The position numbers and the translations under genes are program-made. A stretch of 61,909 bases of DNA, counting the filler, from a candidate division TA06 bacterium SM23_40 (GTDB lineage Bacteria; LJUI01; SM1-40), in NCBI GenBank assembly GCA_001303705.1. It is 5 parts of 5 records of this genome, joined end to end, with 100 filler letters (N's around TTAATTAATTAA, not from the genome) between each part and the next. Parts side by side here need not be neighbours in the genome. Positions count along the whole stretch, not along the records: positions 34,363 to 42,456 come from LJUI01000115.1; positions 42,557 to 50,638 come from LJUI01000116.1; 3 more parts are not named here. One strand, written 5' to 3'. Positions 39,392 to 49,271 of the stretch are shown piece by piece (the stretch's first letter is position 1; each line of letters starts with the position of its first letter). The notes beneath the pieces are model-generated. The model saw only the letters and a program-made list of their open reading frames with translations, was not told where the DNA came from and ran no database searches.

Positions 39392-39713
39392 GGAAGTCTC
39401 GCCCGAGAGGAGAGACGAACTGCTGGACAAGCTTGCCAGGATGATCGTCGAGAGAGGATTGGTGACTCCCGCGATCTTCCTGCTCGAGTCGATGAAGCCA
39501 CTCTCGTTCATCGGCAGCCAGGTGCTCGTCTTCCTGGAGCCGATGGTCAAGTCGGTGTTCACGGTGAAGGAGTACGACGAATATACGAGATTGCTGGAAG
39601 ATAGATCAAATGTGGAGCGGCTGCTCCAGCGGATCGAAGGTATGGAAGATGAAGCTCGCCGCGAGAGAGCGCGGCGCAAGAAGGAGCGCAAGGCAGAGAA
39701 GGAGAAAAAATGA
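39360..39713 (+). CDS. conserved hypothetical protein
   Basis: Overlaps the gcvPB end and is ATGA-coupled to the next gene. Contains [27 protein letters not shown]. Confidence 0.75.
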   Translation: MFGSEPIAGYEEVSPERRDELLDKLARMIVERGLVTPAIFLLESMKPLSFIGSQVLVFLEPMVKSVFTVKEYDEYTRLLEDRSNVERLLQRIEGMEDEARRERARRKKERKAEKEKK

Positions 39714-41530
39714 CGATGAGCGATGCCAGCGAGATCACCTCCATCCTGGCAACCGACTGCGGCAGCACCACCACGAAGGCGATCCTGATCGAGAAGCGCG
39801 GTGATGAGTTCCGGCTCGTGGTGCGCGGCGAGGCGCCGACGACGGTGGAGGCCCCCTTTGAGGACGTGACGCGGGGCGCGCTCAATGCTATCCGTGAGGT
39901 CGAGGAGCTGGCCGGCCGCAAGTTCCTCGACGGCGAGCAGATCATACGGCCGCGACGGAGTGAGACCGAGGGGACTGATATCTACATCTCAACGTCGAGC
40001 GCCGGAGGCGGTCTCCAGATGATGGTCGCCGGTGTCGTCAAGACGATGACCGCCGAGAGCGCGGCACGCGCAGCCCTAGGTGCGGGGGCGATCGTGATGG
40101 ATACGCTCGCCACCAACGACGGGCGATTGCCCCACGAGCGGGTGGCGAGGATACGAGCCCTGCGGCCAGACATGATCCTGCTCTCAGGGGGCGTTGATGG
40201 CGGCACTATCTCCCACGTTGTGGAGCTCGCCGAACTGATCGCCGCCGCCGATCCCAAGCCGCGGTTCGGGACGGGCTACCGGCTTCCGGTCATCTTCGCA
40301 GGGAACAAGGATGCGAGGGAGCCTGTGAAGGAGACCCTGGAGTCGAAGTCCGCTCTCGACATCGTCGAGAACCTGCGTCCCGTCCTGGAGCGCGAGAATC
40401 TCGGTCCGGCGCGGGACAAGATACACGACCTGTTCATGGAACATGTGATGGCTCACGCCCCCGGGTACAAGAAGCTGATGAGGTGGACAGAGGTGCCGAT
40501 CATGCCCACTCCGGGAGCCGTGGGACTATTGATTGACACGATGGGGCGCAAGGAGAAGATCGAGGCGATGGGCGTGGATATCGGAGGCGCGACGACCGAC
40601 GTCTTCTCGCGTTTCAAGGATGTCTTCAATCGCACGGTGAGCGCCAATCTGGGGATGAGCTACTCGATCTCGAATGTCCTCAGCGAGGCAGGGCTCCCCA
40701 ATATCGTCCGTTGGATTCCGTTCAAGGTTCACGAGATCGATCTGCGCAACACTATCCGCAACAAGATGATCCGGCCAACGACGATTCCCCATACGCTCAA
40801 AGAGCTCCAGATCGAGCAGGCCATCGCCCGCGAAGCACTCCGTCTCGCATTCGAGCAGCACAAGTCGATGGCCGTGGGGCTCAAGGGGATCCAGCAGGAG
40901 AGGACGATCTCCGATGCATTCGACCAGACGGCGACCGGGGCGACACTCGTCGATATGATGTCGCTCAGTATCATCGTCGGATCGGGCGGCGCGCTCTCCC
41001 ACGCGCCCAGGCGCTCTCAGGCAGCGCTCATGCTGATCGATGCGTTCCTCCCCGAGGGCGTGACGAGGCTTGCGGTCGACTCGATCTTCATGATGCCGCA
41101 GCTCGGCGTGCTCTCCACGGTCCACGAGAAGGCTGCCACCGATGTCTTCGATCGAGACTGTCTCATCAAACTCGGCACCTGCATCGCACCTGTGGGAACG
41201 GGGAAGGCGGGGGCGAGGGCGATCCGCGTCTCGGCGGCCCTGCCGGATGGGCGGAACGAGGAGCGGGAGGTAGGATTCGGTGAGATGGCCGCTATTCCCC
41301 TTGGCGTGGGTGAGAACGCGGAGGTCGAGATCAACCCCGAACGGGGGTTCGATATGGGTGCAGGGAGGGGGAAGGAGCTGCGTCGGACGGTTGAAGGCGG
41401 CGTCGTCGGGATCATTATCGACGCCCGTGGCCGTCCGTTCCAGCTCCCCGAGGATGACGATGAGCGAATCAGGAAGCTGATGGAGTGGGAGACCGTGCTC
41501 GACGTCTATCCTGAACGGAGCAGCAGTTGA
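39710..41530 (+). CDS. GlmL/MutL-like (glutamate mutase L family) ASKHA ATPase
   Basis: TDCGSTTTK and VDIGGATTDVFS phosphate motifs, SSAGGGL, LLSGGVDGG, GSGG.LSHAP. Confidence 0.8.
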   Translation: MTMSDASEITSILATDCGSTTTKAILIEKRGDEFRLVVRGEAPTTVEAPFEDVTRGALNAIREVEELAGRKFLDGEQIIRPRRSETEGTDIYISTSSAGGGLQMMVAGVVKTMTAESAARAALGAGAIVMDTLATNDGRLPHERVARIRALRPDMILLSGGVDGGTISHVVELAELIAAADPKPRFGTGYRLPVIFAGNKDAREPVKETLESKSALDIVENLRPVLERENLGPARDKIHDLFMEHVMAHAPGYKKLMRWTEVPIMPTPGAVGLLIDTMGRKEKIEAMGVDIGGATTDVFSRFKDVFNRTVSANLGMSYSISNVLSEAGLPNIVRWIPFKVHEIDLRNTIRNKMIRPTTIPHTLKELQIEQAIAREALRLAFEQHKSMAVGLKGIQQERTISDAFDQTATGATLVDMMSLSIIVGSGGALSHAPRRSQAALMLIDAFLPEGVTRLAVDSIFMMPQLGVLSTVHEKAATDVFDRDCLIKLGTCIAPVGTGKAGARAIRVSAALPDGRNEEREVGFGEMAAIPLGVGENAEVEINPERGFDMGAGRGKELRRTVEGGVVGIIIDARGRPFQLPEDDDERIRKLMEWETVLDVYPERSSS

Positions 41531-41569
41531 GGGCTCGGCGCATTTCTACGGTTTCAAGGGAGATTCCGC

Positions 41570-42456
41570 ATGGCACATGCATATACGCCTGGACTGACCG
41601 TGACGGAGAGGACAGTCGTGCGCAAGGAGCGCCGTCTTCCGCTTGCCGGCGATGTCATCGTGGCTCGCGAGGATAAGGTGAAGGCGGAGACGATCGTCGC
41701 CCGTACCAACCTTCCGGGAAACGTACAGACGATCAATGTCGCGGGCAGGCTCTCTCTCCCGCCCGAGGATATCCACGAGAGCATGGCGGTCGGAGTCGGC
41801 GATGCAGTGAAGAAGGGTGACATCGTCGCCCATACCAAGGGATTCTTCGGGTTGTTGAAGTCCACCTGCCGCGCTCCTGCCGAGGGCACGATCGAGAGCA
41901 TCTCCGACATCACCGGTCAGGTCATCTTGCGGGAGCCTCCCCTGCCTGTCGAGGTCGCAGCATACATCGATGGCGTGGTGACCGAGGTCATGGAACATGA
42001 GGGCGCGGTGATTGAGGCGCTCGGGACGTTCGTTCAGGGCATCTTCGGCATCGGTGGGGAGCGGTACGGAACGATCAAGAAGGTATGCGATGATCCCTCG
42101 GACATCCTTACGGATAAGGAGATCGATGAGGAGTGTCGCGGGGCGGTCCTCATCGGCGGTGCGTTGGCCACGAGTGAGGCGATCAAGCGGGCGATCGCGG
42201 TCGGGGCGCGCGGCGTGGTGGTCGGGGGCATGGACGACCGCGATCTCAGGGGGTTCCTCGGGTATGATATAGGTGTGGCGATCACCGGCGCCGAGGACAT
42301 CGACGTGACGGTCATCGTGACGGAAGGCTTCGGCCGGATGAGCATGGCAGACAAGACATTCCGGCTTCTCACATCTCATGAGGGGCACAAGGCGTCGATG
42401 AACGGTGCGACGCAGATTCGCGCAGGGGTCATCCGCCCCGAGGTTATCGTTCCGCT
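41570..42456 (+). CDS. conserved hypothetical protein with barrel-sandwich-hybrid-like repeats (3'-truncated)
   Basis: Long ORF MAHAYTPGL..., VGDAVKKGDIVA, AP.EGTIESI, TEGFG, GATQIRAGVIRPE. Runs into the linker. Confidence 0.8.
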
Positions 42457-42556
42457 NNNNNNNNNNNNNNNNNNNNNNNNNNNNNNNNNNNNNNNNNNNN
42501 TTAATTAATTAANNNNNNNNNNNNNNNNNNNNNNNNNNNNNNNNNNNNNNNNNNNN
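42457..42556. other. artificial contig linker
   Basis: N-run/TTAATTAATTAA/N-run. Confidence 0.98.
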
Positions 42557-42842
42557 GTGCCGGCCTCGCCTCCTGGAGCTTGATAGGGCCGTTGTCCGGC
42601 GGCTGGACGCTTAGCCTCCCCCCGAGGTGGCAGACGTCGGAGCCCCTCAGGCTCCCCGGGCAGAACTCGAACCTGAGGGACAAGGCAACTTCAATCTGGA
42701 CCTCGCCGATCCACAAGGATGTGTGGATCCGCAAGCCTCGGAGGCGTACTCAAGACCCGCCACCATGGTAACACCCGTTACTATTTTCTCTTACGTCGAA
42801 ACTCCTCCCCGCCGGATACCCCAAGATTCTTCGATTTCGGGG

Positions 42843-42884
42843 TTGACAGAGTTCTGGCTTTAGTATATTATTAGGGTATCCGAA
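42843..42884 (+). promoter_or_regulatory. sigma70 promoter with adjacent DtxR/MntR-type operator
   Basis: TTGACA (42843)-17 bp-TATTAT (42866), followed by TTAGG-GTAT-CCGAA (42871-42884), a near-match to TTAGG-N4-CCTAA. Confidence 0.7.
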
Positions 42885-42999
42885 CAATTATCGGCCCCGC
42901 GAATCGGTGGCTGGCCCTCCCGGAGAGGGCCGGCTCAGGTCCCGGTGGAGGCTATGTCACAGGCCAGTCCGCCTTCACCCTCAAACAGGAGCGAATACA

Positions 43000-43476
43000 T
43001 TGGCTGATGCAAACGCTCTCTCTCCTAAGATGGAGGACTACCTCGAGGCCGTCCTCTCCATCGGCAAGGAGCGCCCGGTCGTGAGGGTGAGAGACATCGC
43101 CAAGAGGTTAGATCTCCGTATGTCAACCGTCTCCGGAGCCCTCGACGCTCTATCTCAGGCGGGTATGATCGAGCACGAACCCTATGAGCACGTCGAGTTG
43201 ACCGAGGCTGGCCGCAAGGTGGCGGAGCGTACGGCCCATCGACATCAGGTACTTTTCGACTTTCTTACCGACATACTCCGCCTCGATCCGGAGACGGCAG
43301 AACGCGATGCCTGCCGCATGGAGCATGTCGTGAGCCCGGAGACGATCGAGCGCCTGATTCAGTTCGCCGAATTCGTCGAACAATGCCCCATGGGCGAGCG
43401 GGAGCGTCTGGCGCGGCTACTGGAGTTCATCGTCCGCGATCCTGATTGCGGTGAGCGGGAGGAGGTCGATCATTGA
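43000..43476 (+). CDS. DtxR/MntR family metal-dependent repressor
   Basis: MEDYLEAV, VRVRDIA, LTEAGR..A...HRH, AERDACRMEH. TTG start after AGGAG. Confidence 0.92.
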   Translation: MADANALSPKMEDYLEAVLSIGKERPVVRVRDIAKRLDLRMSTVSGALDALSQAGMIEHEPYEHVELTEAGRKVAERTAHRHQVLFDFLTDILRLDPETAERDACRMEHVVSPETIERLIQFAEFVEQCPMGERERLARLLEFIVRDPDCGEREEVDH

Positions 43477-45929
43477 CTGAGCGGACCACGATCGAACAAC
43501 GGGGATCATCCCATCCCAGAGGGACGAGGCACTCATTGAAGAAGCATATCACCATCGCCCTTGCCGGCAATCCGAACTCCGGCAAGACGACAGTCTTCAA
43601 CAACCTCACTGGAGCTCGACAACACGTCGGTAACTATCCGGGCGTGACCGTCGAGAAGAAGGAAGGGAGTTGCACCTTCGGTGATTATCACATCCACGTC
43701 GTCGACCTCCCCGGTACGTACGGCCTGAGCGCCTACTCCTTAGAAGAGATCGTCGCTCGCAACTTCGTCATCGACGAACACCCGGACGTCGTTGTCGACA
43801 TCGTCGATGCCTCGAACCTGGAGCGGAATCTGTACCTCGCGGTTCAGTTCAAAGAGCTCGGCATCCCTCTGGTAGTGGCCCTCAACATGAGCGACCTCGC
43901 AGAGGCCCGCGGCATTCACATAGACGCAGAGACCCTGTCGCACCTGTTCGGCAACCCCATGGTGCCTACGGTCGCCACCAGGAAAAAGGGCATGGAGGCT
44001 CTCTTGCGAGCCGTCGTCTCCGTGGCAACTGGCAGCGCGCGCAGCCCCGGTATGACGATCGACTATGGTCAGGAGATCGAAGAGGAGCTCGAATGTCTCG
44101 AGACCATCATCGCCGGGACCGACGGAGAGCTACGCAAGTACATACCCCGCTGGATAGCGCTCAAGCTGTTGGAGGCGGACACCGAGATCCAGAAGAAGAT
44201 CGACCATAGCAACCAGGCCCCGTCCATTTCCGCACAGGCAGAGAAGAGCCGCGCACATCTGGCGCGCATATGCGGAGACGATCCCGAGGCAGTCATCGCC
44301 GACTACCGTTACGGCTTCCTCAAAGGAGCCGTCGAGGAGGCCGTCCGGCGACACCTGCCCGGCGATCATCTCACCGCATCGGACAAGATCGACCGCATCG
44401 TCACAAACCACGTGTTGGGCATCCCTCTATTCCTGGCGATGATGTGGGTCGTCTTTCAGCTGACATTCAGAGTGGCAGCGCCTCCCATGCAGTGGATAGA
44501 GGCTGGGACGGACTGGCTGGCACGAGTCGTCACCACAGTCGCTCCGGAGGGACATCTGCAGTCTCTCCTCGCGGACGGAGTCATCGGCGGCGTCGGAGGC
44601 GTTATCGTCTTCCTCCCCAACATCCTTCTCCTTTTCCTCGCCATCGCAGCACTGGAGGACTCAGGGTACATGGCGCGGGCGGCGTTCATCATGGATCGTG
44701 TCATGCATAAGATCGGGCTGCATGGCAAATCGTTCATTCCCATGCTCATTGGATTCGGCTGCTCTGTGCCGGCGATCATGGCTACGCGTATCCTCGAGGA
44801 GAGACGAGACCGTATGACAACTATCCTCGTCATCCCCCTCATAAGTTGCGGTGCAAGACTCCCGGTCTACACTCTCCTCATCGCCGCCTTCTTCCGACCC
44901 CAGGTAGCCGGGAATGTCCTTTTCTCGATCTATGTACTCGGGATCCTGGCGGCCGTGCTCGTAGCGAAACTCCTTCGTGGGACGATATTCAGCGGGCCCT
45001 CTACACCGTTCGTCATGGAGCTCCCCCCGTACCGTATCCCCACCCTGAGAGGCTTGTGTGTCCACACGTGGCAACGTGGATGGATGTATCTCAGGAAGGC
45101 GGGGACGTTTATCCTCGCGTTCTCCATCCTCATGTGGTTCCTCATGACGTTCCCCGCCGATCCGCCGCTGAATCGAGATTATCGGGCCGAAGCTGCTGAC
45201 ATCGAACGCGATTTTGCCTCGATCCTCCAGCCATTCGCCGCCACCCTGGGGCTGTCGCCCGAGGACCTGACACACGACGAGGAATTGAACGACCTCACCA
45301 GCCAGATCGATTCCATACACCGTACATTCACGATGCGGGTGTCAGATGGCCATCTGGAGGAAGGGACTCCGAAATACGAGGCGCTCCATGCGCGACGAGA
45401 CCGCGAGCTCGCCCAGCTTCAAGAGGAACACCCTGCCCTATCACAGATCATGTTCTCGTACTTCGAGGCAAAGACCTCACACGGCGAAGCCCTGGCCCGG
45501 CTGGCAAGCGAAGAGCGGGCCGATCGCCTCGGTAAGAGCTATGCAGGACATCTCGGGCATGCCCTCGAGCCGCTCCTCAGGCCGGTCGGCTTCGACTGGA
45601 AGATCGCCGTCGCCCTGGTAGGAGGGCTGACGGCCAAGGAAGTCGTCATCTCCACCCTCGCGACGGTCTATGGCGTGGCCGAAAGCGACGAGGAAGGGGT
45701 CGCCCTCAGGGAAGCACTGCGCAGAGACCCGACCTTCAGCCCCCTCGTCGCCTACGCCCTCATGGTCTTCATACTTCTGTACGTGCCGTGCATGGTCGCC
45801 CTTATCATGATCGCCGCGGAGACAGGATCCTGGAAGTGGGCCGCGTTCGCGGCAGGCTACTCCTCTGTTCTGGCGTGGTTCGCCGCGTTTGTCGTCTACC
45901 AAGGAGGCCATCTGCTCAGACTCGGCTGA
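43473..45929 (+). CDS. feoB: ferrous iron transporter FeoB
   Basis: GNPNSGKT, VGNYPGVTVE, DLPGTY, LEDSGYMARAA, GFGCSVPA, FVMELPPY, YVPC. Confidence 0.96.
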   Translation: MTERTTIEQRGSSHPRGTRHSLKKHITIALAGNPNSGKTTVFNNLTGARQHVGNYPGVTVEKKEGSCTFGDYHIHVVDLPGTYGLSAYSLEEIVARNFVIDEHPDVVVDIVDASNLERNLYLAVQFKELGIPLVVALNMSDLAEARGIHIDAETLSHLFGNPMVPTVATRKKGMEALLRAVVSVATGSARSPGMTIDYGQEIEEELECLETIIAGTDGELRKYIPRWIALKLLEADTEIQKKIDHSNQAPSISAQAEKSRAHLARICGDDPEAVIADYRYGFLKGAVEEAVRRHLPGDHLTASDKIDRIVTNHVLGIPLFLAMMWVVFQLTFRVAAPPMQWIEAGTDWLARVVTTVAPEGHLQSLLADGVIGGVGGVIVFLPNILLLFLAIAALEDSGYMARAAFIMDRVMHKIGLHGKSFIPMLIGFGCSVPAIMATRILEERRDRMTTILVIPLISCGARLPVYTLLIAAFFRPQVAGNVLFSIYVLGILAAVLVAKLLRGTIFSGPSTPFVMELPPYRIPTLRGLCVHTWQRGWMYLRKAGTFILAFSILMWFLMTFPADPPLNRDYRAEAADIERDFASILQPFAATLGLSPEDLTHDEELNDLTSQIDSIHRTFTMRVSDGHLEEGTPKYEALHARRDRELAQLQEEHPALSQIMFSYFEAKTSHGEALARLASEERADRLGKSYAGHLGHALEPLLRPVGFDWKIAVALVGGLTAKEVVISTLATVYGVAESDEEGVALREALRRDPTFSPLVAYALMVFILLYVPCMVALIMIAAETGSWKWAAFAAGYSSVLAWFAAFVVYQGGHLLRLG

Positions 45930-45951
45930 TCGCCTTCGAGGAAATGATTGC

Positions 45952-46149
45952 ATGTGGGAGAAGGTCATCGTCACAGCCATCGGACTGGGAGCCGGCATAC
46001 TCCTTGCGCGCCATCTCGCAAGGCTCACGCGTAACCCATCCGAGCCGCGATGTGACAACTGCACATCAGGCGGCTGCGACGAGGATACTTCGTGCTCTAT
46101 GGCGCACGGGAATACGGCACGTCAGAACTCCACCCCATCTGAGCGATGA
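45952..46149 (+). CDS. FeoB-associated Cys-rich small membrane protein
   Basis: One TM helix then CDNCTSGGC...C; lies directly after feoB. Confidence 0.65.
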   Translation: MWEKVIVTAIGLGAGILLARHLARLTRNPSEPRCDNCTSGGCDEDTSCSMAHGNTARQNSTPSER

Positions 46150-46186
46150 GGCATGATGGCTCGACCGAATGCGAACAGGAGACGAA

Positions 46187-46897
46187 ATGGCACATAACCG
46201 CGGCGGACGCGATCCGAATGCGAATCTCAGGCGCCAGCTGGCTCACGTCTTCGCCAGAGAGGGGCTCGCCCACTCTGAAGAGCTCGACGCGGTCATCGAC
46301 GTATTCCTCGCCGCCGACCGACACCTCTCCGTAACCGAAGCCAAGGAGGCACTCGAGCGCAGGGGGCTCCACCTCGACGCGGAGGCGATACGGGATGCGC
46401 TCGATCTCCTCGTCAGCTACGGACTCGCGACCAAGAGAACGTTTGAGAGTGCAGAACCCAGATATGAGCATCTTCACGTCGGCGAACATCACGACCACTT
46501 CATCTGCACGCGGTGCGGCAAGATCATGGAACTCCGATCGGACGAGATCGAAACCCTCCAGAACGACCTCAGTCAATCAATGGGTTTCCGTCCGCTGAGC
46601 CACAAGCTCGAGCTGTACGGACTGTGCGGCGACTGCTGCGGCCCGCCGAGTGAATTAATCCCGCTGGCCATGGTGCCGACAGGAGCATCGGTCGAACTCG
46701 TTGATGTCCGGGGTGGATTCGGGGTGCGGCACCATCTGCAACGCATGGGCCTGCGCATCGGAGATCAGGTCAACGTCGTCCATAACCAGGGCTTCGGTCA
46801 CATGATCCTGGCTGTAGGGGATACGAGACTGGTGCTGGGGCAGCGGATGGCCGAGAAGCTGCTCGTGCGTGCGGAAGAGCCGCCGGAAGAAGATTGA
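46187..46897 (+). CDS. Fur-family regulator fused to a C-terminal FeoA domain
   Basis: HLS..E, HHDHFICTRCG, LELYGLCGDC, then the FeoA-like PLAM...LQRMGLRIGD..LVLGQRMAEKLLV. Confidence 0.85.
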   Translation: MAHNRGGRDPNANLRRQLAHVFAREGLAHSEELDAVIDVFLAADRHLSVTEAKEALERRGLHLDAEAIRDALDLLVSYGLATKRTFESAEPRYEHLHVGEHHDHFICTRCGKIMELRSDEIETLQNDLSQSMGFRPLSHKLELYGLCGDCCGPPSELIPLAMVPTGASVELVDVRGGFGVRHHLQRMGLRIGDQVNVVHNQGFGHMILAVGDTRLVLGQRMAEKLLVRAEEPPEED

Positions 46898-47136
46898 AAC
46901 CAGAGGACGAATCGAGTATATTACCACTAGTTAGAGGAGCTGGTCCGCTATATGAGATGGCTCACGGCGCCACGCTGGTCTCTCTCCTGAGAGCCGGCGC
47001 TGTGCGGCAGCCAGGAGTAGGAGCCGGTTTCACAGTGTGTACAGGGGTGGCTGGCCGCAACGGAATCGCAGTGAACCTGAAAAGGAGGGCGGACTATAGA
47101 GAAGATCGGCTCCCCGATCAGGGAGACCAGAGAGCT

Positions 47137-48288
47137 ATGAAGGACCCCATCTCTCCGGATCTGCGCCAGAAGGCAGAAGAGCGACTTGCCGAGCTCTCCG
47201 CGCGTATCGTCTCCAACCTAATCATGGTGGGACAGATCCCCGCGCCGACAGGTGAGGAGGAGGCGCGCGGCGAGTATATTATCGAGCGCATCGTCGAGCT
47301 GGGGCTCGAGGACGTGGGCCGGGACGCGACGGGCAATGTCTATGCGCGCCGTCCCGGGACGCGCGGGCTCAATACCATCGGCCTCTTCGCGCCCCTCGAT
47401 ACGCTCTTTCCCGCAGAGGTTGATCACCACCTCGCCATGAGCTCTTCCCGCGTCACCGGGCCGGGTGTCACCAACGACAGCTTCGCAGCCTCGGCCTTAC
47501 TCTCCCTCGCCGAATTCTTCGAGGGCTGGGAATATCCTCTCGACAACGATCTCCTCTTCGTCTGGCTCACCGGATGTGCTGATCAAGCCGACCACGAAGG
47601 CATGCGCTACTTCCTCCAGGGTCGCCACAATCGCCTTGCCTATGCTCTCATGCTCGAATCGATCGAGCTGGGCCGCCTGAGCTATTTCACTGTGGGTTGT
47701 CTCAGATTCGACCTCACCATTCAGATCCCAACAGATAGGGCGTGGGGCGACCTGGGAGTCAACAGTGCTACTAACATCTTGGCGGACGCAGTCACCCTGC
47801 TCCTTGCGATCGAGCTCCCGCGCCGCCCGAAGACCGTGCTCAACATAGGCCTGCTGCAGGGCGGAGAGGGTCACGGAGTCCTCAGCACGGAGGCGAGCCT
47901 GGGGGCAGAGTTGCGCAGCGAGAGCGCAGATGTGCTGGCGCGCGTGGAGCGAGAGATCGATGAGATCGCAGGACATCTCAGCTCTTATTACGGCTGCCAG
48001 GTCGACCTCCGCAAGTTCGGGCGGCGCATGCCCGCGGGCCTGCGCTTCAACCATCCGATGGTGAAGACGATCAAAGCGACGATGACCGATCTCGGCATTG
48101 CCCCCAGCCCTGGCCCCGACACGGCTGCGGCAAGCCTGGCGATGGCCCACGCCATACCGACCACAACACTCGCCCTCACCCGCGGCCGTCGAGCTGGCAA
48201 GGAGAGCTATATCGAGATCGAACCGATACCCCTGGGATTGCTCCACGTGATACTTGTCCTACACCGCCTGGAGGAGATGCTAGCGTGA
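47137..48288 (+). CDS. M20/M28 peptidase-fold protein with degenerate metal ligands
   Basis: QIPAPTGEE..R, GNVYARRPG, APLDTLFP, GPGV, NIGLLQGG, ELRSE. Canonical H, D, EE and C-terminal H ligands are not evident. Confidence 0.7.
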   Translation: MKDPISPDLRQKAEERLAELSARIVSNLIMVGQIPAPTGEEEARGEYIIERIVELGLEDVGRDATGNVYARRPGTRGLNTIGLFAPLDTLFPAEVDHHLAMSSSRVTGPGVTNDSFAASALLSLAEFFEGWEYPLDNDLLFVWLTGCADQADHEGMRYFLQGRHNRLAYALMLESIELGRLSYFTVGCLRFDLTIQIPTDRAWGDLGVNSATNILADAVTLLLAIELPRRPKTVLNIGLLQGGEGHGVLSTEASLGAELRSESADVLARVEREIDEIAGHLSSYYGCQVDLRKFGRRMPAGLRFNHPMVKTIKATMTDLGIAPSPGPDTAAASLAMAHAIPTTTLALTRGRRAGKESYIEIEPIPLGLLHVILVLHRLEEMLA

Positions 48289-49271
48289 CCCTGACTGACT
48301 GGATGTCCCAGAATACCTATCACCACTCAGAGTTCCAGGATTTGGCCAAGCTCGTTGAACAGAAGCAGGAACAGGGACTGCGCATCTCTCTCGCCTTTCC
48401 CACCCTCAATGAGGAGGCGACTGTCGGCAAGGAGATCGTCATCATACGCGCCGAACTCATGGATCGGCATCAACTCATAGATGAGATCGCTGTCATCGAT
48501 TCTGATTCGACCGATCGTACCCTCGAGGTAGCTCGTCGGTTTGGCGCGAAGACGTTCCTCGCATCGGAATGCCTACCCCGCCTCGGCAAGCGCCGGGGCA
48601 AAGGAGAAAACCTCTGGAAGAGTCTGTACGTTCTCCAGGGGGATATCATCGTCTGGCTGGACGCCGACATCAAGAACATACATCCAAAATTCGCGTACGG
48701 CCTCGTCGGTCCCCTGCTCCAGCGTCCGGAGATCAGCTATGTCAAGGCATTCTATGAACGACATCTCACCCTCGAGAATGGCAGGCGAGCCGGAGGTGGC
48801 GGGCGGGTGACCGAGATCCTTGTACGGCCGCTGTTCAATCTCTTCTACCCTGACCTGGCTTCGGTCATCCAGCCTCTCTCAGGGGAGTACGCCGGTCGGC
48901 GCAATGTACTCGACGCTATCCCGTTCTCTATCGGGTACGGTGTCGAGACGGGAATGCTCATCGACATCTTTCAGCGGCACGGACTCGATGCCATGGCTCA
49001 GGTCAATCTCGATCGGCGCGACCACCGGAACCAGACGACCGTCGCTCTGGGGCGCATGGCCTTCGGGATCCTCCAGACGTTCTTCCGCAGGCTTGAGCAG
49101 AGCGGTACGCTGACCTCCGAGCAAATCATGGAACAGCTTCCTCGACTGATGCATCAGATTAAGGTCGAAGGTGAACAGTATACAGTTCACAAGTACGAGA
49201 TCGACGAACAGGAGCGACCGCCGATGATCACCATCGACGAGTACCGTAAGAAGTGGGATCGCCATGAATGA
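48285..49271 (+). CDS. gpgS: glucosyl-3-phosphoglycerate synthase
   Basis: PTLNEEATVG, DSDSTDRT, GKGENLWKS, LDADI, GGRVTE, QPLSGEYAG, GYGVE. Confidence 0.9.
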   Translation: MTLTDWMSQNTYHHSEFQDLAKLVEQKQEQGLRISLAFPTLNEEATVGKEIVIIRAELMDRHQLIDEIAVIDSDSTDRTLEVARRFGAKTFLASECLPRLGKRRGKGENLWKSLYVLQGDIIVWLDADIKNIHPKFAYGLVGPLLQRPEISYVKAFYERHLTLENGRRAGGGGRVTEILVRPLFNLFYPDLASVIQPLSGEYAGRRNVLDAIPFSIGYGVETGMLIDIFQRHGLDAMAQVNLDRRDHRNQTTVALGRMAFGILQTFFRRLEQSGTLTSEQIMEQLPRLMHQIKVEGEQYTVHKYEIDEQERPPMITIDEYRKKWDRHE

